Positions 16,888-26,264 of a stretch of DNA of 33,324 nt are shown piece by piece (position 1 is the stretch's first letter; each line of letters begins with the position of its first letter). The notes beneath the pieces were generated by a model that was not told the DNA's origin, searched no databases, and saw nothing but the letters and a program-made list of their open reading frames with translations. Position numbers and translations under genes: made by a program. The stretch spans positions 1-33,324 of the forward strand of contig JBIKLL010000022.1 in assembly GCA_044359815.1 (NCBI GenBank), given 5' to 3'. This DNA comes from Pseudobdellovibrionaceae bacterium (GTDB lineage Bacteria; Bdellovibrionota; Bdellovibrionia; Bdellovibrionales; Bdellovibrionaceae).

Positions 16888-17071
16888 CCACCTTTCTGCG
16901 GTTAATTTTGAAATTTTAAAAATATATACCTGTGAATTTATTTAATAGGGTCACAGCTCCTGCTTCTCTGCTCGGGTCAAGCCCCCGCCGTCCAGGCTCC
17001 GCAGAGGACCCTATTAAATAAATTCACAGGTATATATTTTTAAAATTTCAAAATTAACCACAGAAAGGTGG
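16888..17071. repeat. 184-bp palindromic element with 65-bp AT-rich arms and a 54-nt GC-rich structured core
   Basis: Arms 16888-16952 and 17007-17071 are 64/65 complementary. It lies between convergent genes. Confidence 0.9.
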
Positions 17072-17098
17072 ATTACCGAAAGAGGTGTTAACCTTTGG

Positions 17099-17908
17099 TT
17101 ATACCCAGGAGCCCATTTTGACGTTTTGGTTCAGGAGCTTTTGGGTGTCTGAGATCAGTTTTTTGTTTTCGCAAATCACGACGACAGTGCTGCCCATATG
17201 AAACACCCCAAGCTCATCGCCTTTTTGAATTGGGGTTTTATGTAATTTAGTAGTCTTATTCTGCCGGCCTTGATTGCTGAAAAAATCAGACTCAAAACTC
17301 AAGCTTATTTTACCCACGTTAGTTGCTCCAACAAAAACCACAGCGACCATCCCTTGCTGTGTTTCAATCTCAACCACCACCCGTTCGTTGACGGCAAAAA
17401 CAGAATCAATATTTTCAGTGCTCCAAGAATTAACAGGCCATAAATCCCCGGGGATATGGATTCGTTTTTTAATCACACCGCTGACCGGGCTGTGCACTCG
17501 GTGATAATCGGTGGGACACAGATAATAGGTGGCAAAAAATCCGTTTTGCAGTTTTTTGCTGAGCTCCAGATCAGCCACAAACTCGGTCAAACTGTATGTT
17601 TTACCCTTAGCCTGAATCAGTTCCGAATTTTGCAATTCACTGGCCTGACTGATCAAGGAATCCGCTGGATGAACAAAATCATTTTTTGCAATAGGTCTGA
17701 TGCCAGGCTTGAGCCTGCGTGTGAAAAAGGCCCCGATGCTGGGATATTTAAATATTGAAAACTCGGCTTCCGCCAAATTGATCGAATAGTATTTTGCAAA
17801 AATCCAAACGCTTAACCACGAAATCGGAGGTGGTAATTGAAAATTTACAAGTTTACCGATCCAGTGACTGAGTTTTTTTCGAGGTAGGTACTTTACAATA
17901 GCGCTCAT
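17099..17908 (-). CDS. psd: Phosphatidylserine decarboxylase proenzyme
   Basis: FFTRRLKPGIRP, HPADS, YLCPTDYHRVHSP, NERVV, VGATNVG and the FHMGSTVV self-cleavage motif (GST). Confidence 0.95.
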   Translation of the reverse strand: MSAIVKYLPRKKLSHWIGKLVNFQLPPPISWLSVWIFAKYYSINLAEAEFSIFKYPSIGAFFTRRLKPGIRPIAKNDFVHPADSLISQASELQNSELIQAKGKTYSLTEFVADLELSKKLQNGFFATYYLCPTDYHRVHSPVSGVIKKRIHIPGDLWPVNSWSTENIDSVFAVNERVVVEIETQQGMVAVVFVGATNVGKISLSFESDFFSNQGRQNKTTKLHKTPIQKGDELGVFHMGSTVVVICENKKLISDTQKLLNQNVKMGSWV

Positions 17909-17942
17909 AAATTTACGGTATCAGCACCCATCAGACCATGCT

Positions 17943-19493
17943 ATGACTACCGCAATGTCCCGAAATCAAAAGATTCAAGTTTTTAAAGACATCAAAGTCC
18001 CTCTGGATGAAGAACTGTCAGAGCACCTGGCTTGGCTGATGCCGGAACATGGTGATTACAGGATTTTGAAAAAAAGCTTGGATTCCAGAACCCGCCACAA
18101 TCCCCACCAAGTTTACACTGTTGAAGTCGCAGCCTCTGGCGAAAAACTTCCTGAAATTCAAATTGATGTCAAAAAAGTAAATTACCAGGGCCCAAAACCA
18201 ATCATTATCGGAGCAGGCCCCGCCGGTTTGTTTGCAGCCCTTAGATTTGTCGAAAGCGGAGTCCCCTGCATGCTTTTTGAACGAGGCAGTGCTGCTGAAA
18301 AAAGAATTTTAGGGATTAATAAATTTTGGCGTTACGGAGAATTCGACCCCAGAAACAATGTCTGTTACGGGGAAGGCGGAGCCGGTCTGTATAGCGACGG
18401 CAAACTGATCACCAGGATCAAGAGTCCTCACATCCCCTATGTGATGAATCGTTTGGTAAAATTTGGGGCACCTGCTGAAATTGAGTATTTATCAAATCCC
18501 CATGTCGGTAGTGATCGCATCAGAAGAGTGATTCCAAAAATGCGAGATTTTTTAGTTAAAAATGGCTGCCAGATTTTTTACGACACCCAGATCACGGAAA
18601 TTTTGTGTAATGGAGACACCGTTGTTGGAGTGCGCACAGAACATGATCAAGTTTTTGATTCTGATAAAATTATTTTAGCTACTGGGCATTCCGCAGAAGA
18701 CATGATCACAGAACTGCAAAAAAAAGATGTCAAAATCGAGGGAAAGTCCTTTGCAATGGGCCTTAGGATTGAACACCCACAAAAAATGATCAACAAAATC
18801 CAATACCGGGAATTTGCTGAACATCCAAAATTGGGTTCAGCTAATTATAAACTGACCTTTCACAATGATAAAACCAATGAGGGCGTATACAGTTTTTGTA
18901 TGTGTCCCGGTGGATATGTTTTATCCAGTGGCACAGAACCTGATCGCATTGTTTGCAATGGAATGAGTAATTACAATAGAAATTCACCTTTTGCTAATTC
19001 AGCTATTGTCGTCACCATTGATCATGACAAAAATTTTGGCGCTGATGTTTTTGGTGGCATGAAACTGCGCGAACAGCTGGAAAAACAAACATTCAAAGCG
19101 GTTCAAAATTCCTCCGGGACTCATCAGATCCCCGTACAAACCTTGATGGATTTTTTAATCGGCAAAAAAGGCAATGTCCTTCCCAGCAGCTCCCCTTCGG
19201 GAGTCGCCGCGATTAATTTTAAAGAGCTTCTGCCAGGTTTTATGTATCGCAATCTGATCACTGGGGTCGAAAGCTTCAATCAGAAAATGAAGGGATTTTT
19301 ATCAGACCAAGCTCAGTTTCATGGGATTGAATCCAGAACTTCAAGCCCTGTGCGAGTCACCAGGGATGCTGATACACTGGAATCAGTATCCCACAAGGGC
19401 TTATACCCCTGTGGCGAAGGAGCTGGTTACGCCGGCGGAATCACATCGGCCGCAGTGGATGGAATAAAAATCGTTGATAAAATTCTGAATTAA
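17943..19493 (+). CDS. Uncharacterised FAD-dependent oxidoreductase (COG2509-like)
   Basis: IIGAGPAGLFAA Rossmann motif, GEGGAGLYSDGKL, FCMCPGG, ESRTSSPVR and GEGAGYAGGITSAAVDG. Confidence 0.9.
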   Translation: MTTAMSRNQKIQVFKDIKVPLDEELSEHLAWLMPEHGDYRILKKSLDSRTRHNPHQVYTVEVAASGEKLPEIQIDVKKVNYQGPKPIIIGAGPAGLFAALRFVESGVPCMLFERGSAAEKRILGINKFWRYGEFDPRNNVCYGEGGAGLYSDGKLITRIKSPHIPYVMNRLVKFGAPAEIEYLSNPHVGSDRIRRVIPKMRDFLVKNGCQIFYDTQITEILCNGDTVVGVRTEHDQVFDSDKIILATGHSAEDMITELQKKDVKIEGKSFAMGLRIEHPQKMINKIQYREFAEHPKLGSANYKLTFHNDKTNEGVYSFCMCPGGYVLSSGTEPDRIVCNGMSNYNRNSPFANSAIVVTIDHDKNFGADVFGGMKLREQLEKQTFKAVQNSSGTHQIPVQTLMDFLIGKKGNVLPSSSPSGVAAINFKELLPGFMYRNLITGVESFNQKMKGFLSDQAQFHGIESRTSSPVRVTRDADTLESVSHKGLYPCGEGAGYAGGITSAAVDGIKIVDKILN

Positions 19494-19530
19494 TTTTTTA
19501 CCATTGAAAACATTTTGAACAAAACGCCAA

Positions 19531-20157
19531 TCAGTCCCGGCAATGACCTTTTGACGTGTAAGATCTAAAAGGCTCTTTGCATTCATCGTATTGATTGATT
19601 GCCCAATCAAGCCCCTGATAACTACGTACTAAAAATTTCTTGGCCGGATGGATAAAGCTCACATGTAATGTTGCAAGACTCAAATAATCTGAAATTGCCT
19701 GATCCTTGGATTTTCCCATATATTCGATGGCGTAAATCGCAGCTGCTTCGCCCGTTCTGTCAGCTCCTGACCTGCAATGAATCAGTATGGGTCTTGGAGC
19801 ATCCTTTAAAGTTGTTAAAAAACTGACCAGCTCGTCTTTGTTGGGGACGTAGTGAGTGGTCCAATATACCGCACGAAACAGAACGCCTTTTTTATCCAAC
19901 AAATCGCCCTGTTTTTTATACCAATAGGATGTTTGCGGAGCTCCTCGTAAACTGATCACAGTTTTGATACCATATTTATCGACCACATCAGACAGCTCAT
20001 CTAATGATAGCTGTGCTGATCGATAAAATTTCCCCTCGTCGACCACATGAAAGTTTTTAGAGGGACGCCAGACCGTGGTGCTGATTAAAAATACCACTAA
20101 CCAGGTTGCTAAAAACCATTTTAATATTTTTAAAAAAATTCTGGGACTAAACTGCAT
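19531..20157 (-). CDS. Membrane-anchored/exported protein-tyrosine/dual-specificity phosphatase family protein
   Basis: N-terminal TM helix, YRSAQL, VISLRG and the HCRSGADRTG (CX5R) active-site loop. TAATG overlap with icmF. Confidence 0.85.
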   Translation of the reverse strand: MQFSPRIFLKILKWFLATWLVVFLISTTVWRPSKNFHVVDEGKFYRSAQLSLDELSDVVDKYGIKTVISLRGAPQTSYWYKKQGDLLDKKGVLFRAVYWTTHYVPNKDELVSFLTTLKDAPRPILIHCRSGADRTGEAAAIYAIEYMGKSKDQAISDYLSLATLHVSFIHPAKKFLVRSYQGLDWAINQYDECKEPFRSYTSKGHCRD

Positions 20158-23100
20158 TAGACATTCCTGCGGTATTCTCCGCCAACTTCAAACAAAGCTT
20201 GTGTCATCTGATAAAGGCTACAATATCTGGAGGCCCTCATCAATGCCGCAAAAATATTACGTCCAGCCAAGGCCTCATCTTTTAGGAATTGCAGCTCTTG
20301 CTGTGCTTTGGTTTGGTTGGATTTTTTTAATTCATTCACTCGACTAAGCTGCAAATCCTTTTCTTGATAACTACTTCGGGCCAGCTCGATTTTAGGCGGT
20401 ACATAATCTGATTGAAGGGTTTTTGGATCAATAAAAGTATTCACTCCAATAATTGGCAATTCACCTGAATGTTTTAGATGCTCGTAATGCATTGATTCGT
20501 CCTGGATTTTACCGCGCTGATACTGGGTCTCCATAGCACCCAACACCCCGCCCCTTTCATTGATTCGTAAAAATTCATCCAGCACGGCTTCTTCAACCAA
20601 ATCAGTCAGTTCATCAATAAAATAACTGCCCTGCTGGGGATTTTCGTTTTTAGATACTCCGTACTCACGATTAATAATCATCTGAATGGCCATTGCTTGG
20701 CGCACGCTGGCCTCGGTAGGTGTTGTAATGGCTTCGTCAAAGGCATTCGTGTGCAAGGAATTACAATTGTCCTGAAGAGCTAAAAGAGCCTGCAACGTGG
20801 TCCTGATATCATTAAAGGAAATTTCTTGAGCATGCAGGGACCTGCCACTGGTCTGAATATGGTATTTCAGTTTCTGAGACCTGTCGTTGGATTTATACAA
20901 ATCCCTCATTGCTATAGCCCAGATTCTGCGAGCCACCCGCCCCAACACAGAATATTCTGGATCCAGACCATTGCTAAAGAAAAACGAAAGGTTTGCTGCA
21001 AAATCATCAATTTTTAATCCACGGGCCCTGTAGTATTCAACAAAAGTAAATCCGTTTGACAGAGTAAATGCCAATTGACTGATGGGATTGGCGCCCGCTT
21101 CAGCAATATGATATCCGGAAATACTGACTGAATAAAAATTTCGAATGTTATTATTAATAAAGTATTCTTGAATATCGCCCATCATTTTCAGAGCAAAGTT
21201 GATTGAAAATATACAGGTATTTTGCCCCTGATCTTCTTTTAAAATATCTGCCTGCACCGTGCCTCTGACCGCGGCCAGGGTTTCAGCTTCGGTTTGTTTG
21301 TATTCAGCCTCAGTCAGATTTCTGCCTAAAGATTTTTGTTTTTTCTGAACTTGCTGATCAATGGCCGTGTTAAAATAAAAAGCCAAAATCATCGGAGCCG
21401 GTCCATTGATTGTCATCGACACACTGGTGGTTGGATTGCACAAATCAAAACCCTCATAAAGTCTTTGCATATCCTGAAGCGAACACACACTGACTCCGCT
21501 TTCACCAACCTTACCATAAATATCAGGCCGGTTGTCAGGATCCTGGCCATACAGGGTTACGCTGTCAAAAGCGGTTGATAGTCTGTGGGCCTTTTCACCC
21601 TTGCACAGATAATGAAATCGCTTATTAGTGCGCTCAGGGGGACCTTCACCAGCGAACATCCGTTTAGGTTCTTCCTCGGTGCGCTTAAGGGGAAAGACCC
21701 CAGCAGTATAGGGAAAATACCCCGGAACGTTTTCAAGACCCATATAACGTAATCGATCGCCCCAATCAGTGATATTTGGGACAACCACTCTTTTAATTTG
21801 AGTCCCGCTGAGCGAAACAGTTTTTAAAGGTTGTTTGATTTTTTGATCTCTGACCGAAAATTCCAAGACATCACCGTCGTAGGATTTTTTGATTGATTCA
21901 TAATTTTTAAGTTTCAATAAATCATCAGACGACAGTTTTGATTCCAGTTCACCCCGAAGCTTTTCGTAGTTAGGAACTTCGGATCTCAATTTCTCCAAGG
22001 CGCCCAGTTTTGAAGCCACTTCTGCACTGGATTTAATTTTTTGTTTGTAACCCCTCACCGAACCCACAATTTCAGCTAAATAGTTAGTCCGATCAGCTGG
22101 AACAATAACGTGTTCTTCGCTGGCCAGAAGAGATTTTTTAAATTGATCACTCAAACTAAAACCAGAATTTTTCCCAGACAGTTTTTCAGTCAACGCAAAA
22201 AACAACTGATTTACACCCAAATCATTAAACATCGAAGCTTGAGTTAAAAACACAGGAACAGATTGATTTTGATCAAAAATCTTTCGTGACCTGCGGTACT
22301 GTTTGGACACATCTCTCAGAGCATCCTTGGATCCCCTGCGATCGGCCTTGTTGATTGCCACCAAATCAGCAAAATCAATCATATCGATTTTTTCAAGTTG
22401 TGACTGGGATCCAAACTCGCTAGTCATCACGTACATGCTGATATCAGACATTTCAGTGATAGCTGATCCCCCCTGCCCAATCCCACTGGTTTCAGCAATC
22501 ACCAAATCAAAATCCAAAGTCTTGCAAAACTGAATGGCCCTTGGCAGATCATCTGAAATTTCTTTGCCAGACCCACGGGAGGCCATGGACCGCATAAAAA
22601 CCCTAGGTCTGGACAAAGAATTCATTCGTATTCTGTCACCCAACAGGGCTCCACCGGTTTTTTTCTTGGAAGGATCTACGCACAAAACAGCAAACTTAAA
22701 ATCCGGATAGCAATTTAAAAATCTTTGCACCAGTTCATCAATCAAACTGGATTTACCAGCACCACCAGTGCCCGTAATACCAACAACCAAAGGGGATTTT
22801 TTAGATTTAAAATGATTCAACAATTTTGAATCCGTACTTACATTTGATTCAATGGCAGAAATGGCTAAACCGATTTCTTTGGATGGAATGGGATTTCCAT
22901 TTTCTAAAACTCCGGGCTTCATACCACTGGCTGAAACCAAATCAAAATCGCATTTTTGCAAAATGATGTTAATCATTCCCTCAAGACCTAATACGCGACC
23001 CTCATCAGGATGAAATATTCTGGCAATGCCGTAGGCCTCCAGCTCACGCTTTTCATCGTGAACAATAACCCCACCACCGCCACCAAAAATCTGCACATAA

Positions 23101-23393
23101 TCAGCGCCTTGAGCTTTCAGCAAATCCTTGGCGTACTTAAAATACTCCATGTGCCCGCCTTGGTAGCTGCTGATGCAAATCCCCTGAGCGCCCTCCTGTA
23201 AAGCTGTTCTGACCACATCAGCGACAGATCGGTTGTGCCCCAGGTGTATGACCTCGGCTCCGTTTTCCTGCAAAAGTCTTCTGATAATATTAATACTGGC
23301 ATCGTGACCGTCAAACAAACTGGCTGCAGTCACAATCCTGATTTGGTTTTTGGGCTTATGCATTTCGATGGGCTTTGATACGATTTGATTCAT
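20157..23393 (-). CDS. icmF: Fused isobutyryl-CoA mutase/MeaI GTPase
   Basis: N-terminal B12-binding FDGHDAS, P-loop GTGGAGKSS with DPS and LLGDRIRM (MeaB-like), then the mutase barrel RMFAGEG (Phe specificity residue), SISGYHIAEAGA and HIQTSGRSL. Confidence 0.95.
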   Translation of the reverse strand: MNQIVSKPIEMHKPKNQIRIVTAASLFDGHDASINIIRRLLQENGAEVIHLGHNRSVADVVRTALQEGAQGICISSYQGGHMEYFKYAKDLLKAQGADYVQIFGGGGGVIVHDEKRELEAYGIARIFHPDEGRVLGLEGMINIILQKCDFDLVSASGMKPGVLENGNPIPSKEIGLAISAIESNVSTDSKLLNHFKSKKSPLVVGITGTGGAGKSSLIDELVQRFLNCYPDFKFAVLCVDPSKKKTGGALLGDRIRMNSLSRPRVFMRSMASRGSGKEISDDLPRAIQFCKTLDFDLVIAETSGIGQGGSAITEMSDISMYVMTSEFGSQSQLEKIDMIDFADLVAINKADRRGSKDALRDVSKQYRRSRKIFDQNQSVPVFLTQASMFNDLGVNQLFFALTEKLSGKNSGFSLSDQFKKSLLASEEHVIVPADRTNYLAEIVGSVRGYKQKIKSSAEVASKLGALEKLRSEVPNYEKLRGELESKLSSDDLLKLKNYESIKKSYDGDVLEFSVRDQKIKQPLKTVSLSGTQIKRVVVPNITDWGDRLRYMGLENVPGYFPYTAGVFPLKRTEEEPKRMFAGEGPPERTNKRFHYLCKGEKAHRLSTAFDSVTLYGQDPDNRPDIYGKVGESGVSVCSLQDMQRLYEGFDLCNPTTSVSMTINGPAPMILAFYFNTAIDQQVQKKQKSLGRNLTEAEYKQTEAETLAAVRGTVQADILKEDQGQNTCIFSINFALKMMGDIQEYFINNNIRNFYSVSISGYHIAEAGANPISQLAFTLSNGFTFVEYYRARGLKIDDFAANLSFFFSNGLDPEYSVLGRVARRIWAIAMRDLYKSNDRSQKLKYHIQTSGRSLHAQEISFNDIRTTLQALLALQDNCNSLHTNAFDEAITTPTEASVRQAMAIQMIINREYGVSKNENPQQGSYFIDELTDLVEEAVLDEFLRINERGGVLGAMETQYQRGKIQDESMHYEHLKHSGELPIIGVNTFIDPKTLQSDYVPPKIELARSSYQEKDLQLSRVNELKKSNQTKAQQELQFLKDEALAGRNIFAALMRASRYCSLYQMTQALFEVGGEYRRNV

Positions 23394-24175
23394 TATTTTC
23401 CTGTAAATTGAGCTTTTCGTTTTTCGATAAAGGCTTTTGTGCCTTCGCGGACATCTGTTGAGTTAAAAAGTTCAGAAAATATTTTTGCCTCATTAATCAT
23501 GGCTGTTTCTAAATCCAAATCCCAATTAAGCAAATTTGATTTTTTTGCAGCACTGACAGCCAGCGGAGCTCTTTTAGCTATGGTTTGAGCTATTTTGGCA
23601 CAAGCCGGTAATAAATCCGCCTGAGAAAAAACTTTGTTCACTATGTTTTTCTGCAATGCCTCTGTGGCCGTCAGCATTTCACCTGAATAAATAATTTCGC
23701 GGGCACAAGATATTCCCGCCACCTTGGACAACCTAACGGTTCCACCAAAACCTGGGATTAATCCCAGAGTCACCTCTGGTAATCCAAATTTTGCATTTTC
23801 ATTGGCGTAAATAAAATCACAGCTTAACGCCAATTCAAATCCACCACCCAATGCAAACCCATTCACAGCCGCAATGACAGGAGTTTTAAATTTTTCAATT
23901 TTCAAAAAAACTTTCTGTCCCATTTTGGCAAACTGCTGAGCGGTTTCAGTGGTCAGTTCATTAATTTCCTTGATGTCAGCTCCCGCTACAAAAGCTTTTT
24001 CACCGGCCCCAGTTATTACTACAGCTCGGACTGATGGGTTTTTATCCAGCTCATCAAATGCTAAATCCAGTTCGCTTAAAACTGATTTGCTTAAAGCATT
24101 AAGGCTTTCTGGTTTATTAATGGTGACTGTAAAAACAGAATCAACGGAATCAATTTTTATATTTTTATAATTCAT
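23393..24175 (-). CDS. crt: Enoyl-CoA hydratase (crotonase)
   Basis: AFVAGADI, NGFALGGGFELALSCD and FGLPEVTLGLIPGFGGT. TAATG overlap with icmF. Confidence 0.9.
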   Translation of the reverse strand: MNYKNIKIDSVDSVFTVTINKPESLNALSKSVLSELDLAFDELDKNPSVRAVVITGAGEKAFVAGADIKEINELTTETAQQFAKMGQKVFLKIEKFKTPVIAAVNGFALGGGFELALSCDFIYANENAKFGLPEVTLGLIPGFGGTVRLSKVAGISCAREIIYSGEMLTATEALQKNIVNKVFSQADLLPACAKIAQTIAKRAPLAVSAAKKSNLLNWDLDLETAMINEAKIFSELFNSTDVREGTKAFIEKRKAQFTGK

Positions 24176-24177
24176 AA

Positions 24178-25050
24178 TTAAACCTTGTAATTGTAAAAAC
24201 CACGACTCGTTTTTTTACCTAACCAACCTGCCTCAACGTACTTTTCAAGCAGTGGACAGGGTCGGTATTTGGAATCGCCAAGCCCCTGATGTAGAACCTT
24301 CATAATGGCCAAACAAGTATCCAGGCCGATAAAGTCAGCCAGGGTCAGTGGCCCCATGGGTTGATTTGTACCTAGCTTCATGGCGTTGTCGATCGATGCC
24401 ACGTCGGCAATGCCTTCATGTAAAACATAAGCGGCCTCGTTGATCATTGGCATTAAAATTCTGTTTACAATAAATCCCGGCATGTCCTTGGTGCTTTCGA
24501 CAAAAACTTTATCCATTTTTTCGGCCATGGCTTTGATAGTAGCAAAGGTTTCATCAGATGTTTGCAACCCACGAATACCCTCAACCAGTTTCATCAATGG
24601 GACCGGATTCATAAAATGCATTCCAGCTACCTGCGATGGGCGCTTGGTCACTGCCGCGATTTTTGTGATTGAAATACTGGAGGTGTTCGAGGCCAGCAGA
24701 GCGGAAGGCTTTAAGGATTCGTCCAGCTCTTTGAAAATTTTTAATTTCAAATCAATATTTTCAGTGGCAGCTTCGATCACCACATCGCAATCGTTCAGTG
24801 ATTTAATATTTTCAGTGGTTTGAATGTTTGCCAACAGAGTGGCCTTTTGAGCTTCTGGCAGCAGGCCTTTTTTAATCAGTCGATCAAGGCTTGCGGAAAT
24901 CGTGTCCATGCCCTTTTTCAGACTGGTAGCTTGGACATCCATCATTAAAACTTTAAATCCATACTGTGCGGCCACTTGGGCAATACCGTTACCCATTTGT
25001 CCCGCACCCACAACGCCAATTAATTTTATCGTGTCGATTTTTGAACTCAT
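24178..25050 (-). CDS. hbd: 3-hydroxybutyryl-CoA dehydrogenase
   Basis: VVGAGQMGNGIA, IEAATE, SNTSS, GMHFMNP, PGFIVNR and PMGPLTLADFIGLD. RBS GAGG before ATG 25050. Confidence 0.93.
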   Translation of the reverse strand: MSSKIDTIKLIGVVGAGQMGNGIAQVAAQYGFKVLMMDVQATSLKKGMDTISASLDRLIKKGLLPEAQKATLLANIQTTENIKSLNDCDVVIEAATENIDLKLKIFKELDESLKPSALLASNTSSISITKIAAVTKRPSQVAGMHFMNPVPLMKLVEGIRGLQTSDETFATIKAMAEKMDKVFVESTKDMPGFIVNRILMPMINEAAYVLHEGIADVASIDNAMKLGTNQPMGPLTLADFIGLDTCLAIMKVLHQGLGDSKYRPCPLLEKYVEAGWLGKKTSRGFYNYKV

Positions 25051-25145
25051 TTTAACCTCTGATATTGAAAATTTCAGACACAATAGGCGTTTTGGTATTT
25101 CAGGTCAAAGAGTCAGATTTTGAAATTTAAACCACGTTGCGTTAA

Positions 25146-26171
25146 TCAATCTTCAAAGCCTGAGCCCAGTCTGAACAGAAGCTTAAATTCATCGTTTTGA
25201 ACTTCGGGCTCTTCGTTGATTTTGGTTGCGTAAAATGTCAGCGACGCCAGATTGTTTTTGCTGGAAAGGCTAAACCCTATGGATGAATATTTTTTGATGG
25301 TTTCAGACAGATTTAATTGAGACTGAGTCTGCTCATACCGTAACAAGAAAAACGTGTCCTTACTGATTAATAAAGCCGTTTCACCAAACCCAAATGCAAA
25401 GGGGCTTTTTGTATCCCCTTGCAAAATGTCCCCACGAGTGGCTTCGATCACCCAATGATTGCGCCCCCAATGTTTAAATAGACTCAAAGTCCCCTGCCTG
25501 ATTTTTGTAATTACCAGCGGATCAAAATTAAATTGAAAATTTGAATTGGCCACTGAGCCCGCAGTGGAAGCACTGCTGATTTTACCGACTTGGCCGGTTA
25601 AAATAAATCCCATCCCCTCGGCCGGAGCATAAGACCAGCTGCCAGTGATCCAGGTTTTACCATCAGAACTTAATCCCGATTCACCGTTATGCACACCTAG
25701 GGTGGTTTGATAATTTTGATAATTAACTTGCGCCTGAAAGCCCAAATCCCGCTTGATCACAAAACCGTCGCTGCGAGCCTGAGTGCTGGGAAAGACCCTG
25801 CTGGATTCAGGAAAAAACCCCTCGTATCCCACAGGGATCCGAAACAATCCCACCGTAAAATCCATCGTGTCGGTTTTTGCATAAACAAAAGCTTCAGTTA
25901 AATCTATGGATTTTGTCGCGGGCGAATACCAAACAGCTGGTTTGATTAAATCCCCAGTACCAAAGGCAATCTGACCATGGATTTCAGTGCTTAAAACCCA
26001 TTGTGTTTTTAAATAAGATTCCTTCAGCTCAAAACCGCTTTCACCCGGTTCTTTGGTTTTGTATTCGGGAGCCAATGAGAATTCATAAAATCGAAACTCA
26101 CCCAAAGGCTGATACTCTGAAGCCGCCTCGAATCCAAAAAATAGAATCAATAAAACCCATGTGGTTTTCAT
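25146..26171 (-). CDS. Putative outer-membrane beta-barrel (porin-like) protein
   Basis: Signal peptide. LTEAFVY...FTVGLFRIPVGYEG and RDLGFQ...LGVHNGE resemble OprO/P-type porins. Alternating amphipathic strands. Confidence 0.55.
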   Translation of the reverse strand: MKTTWVLLILFFGFEAASEYQPLGEFRFYEFSLAPEYKTKEPGESGFELKESYLKTQWVLSTEIHGQIAFGTGDLIKPAVWYSPATKSIDLTEAFVYAKTDTMDFTVGLFRIPVGYEGFFPESSRVFPSTQARSDGFVIKRDLGFQAQVNYQNYQTTLGVHNGESGLSSDGKTWITGSWSYAPAEGMGFILTGQVGKISSASTAGSVANSNFQFNFDPLVITKIRQGTLSLFKHWGRNHWVIEATRGDILQGDTKSPFAFGFGETALLISKDTFFLLRYEQTQSQLNLSETIKKYSSIGFSLSSKNNLASLTFYATKINEEPEVQNDEFKLLFRLGSGFED

Positions 26172-26264
26172 GGTTTTATTCTATGACATTTTGGGCTCAT
26201 GCTAAAGTCCTTGAAACGCAAACCTGGTCTTGAGAACAACCCTCAGAACATTCATGATATTGCA

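Noticed and set aside
20075..25123. Numerous 60-130 aa ORFs overlapping icmF, crt and hbd (and similar ones over other long genes)
   Set aside because: Shadow frames of well-supported genes, with no RBS or recognisable motifs.
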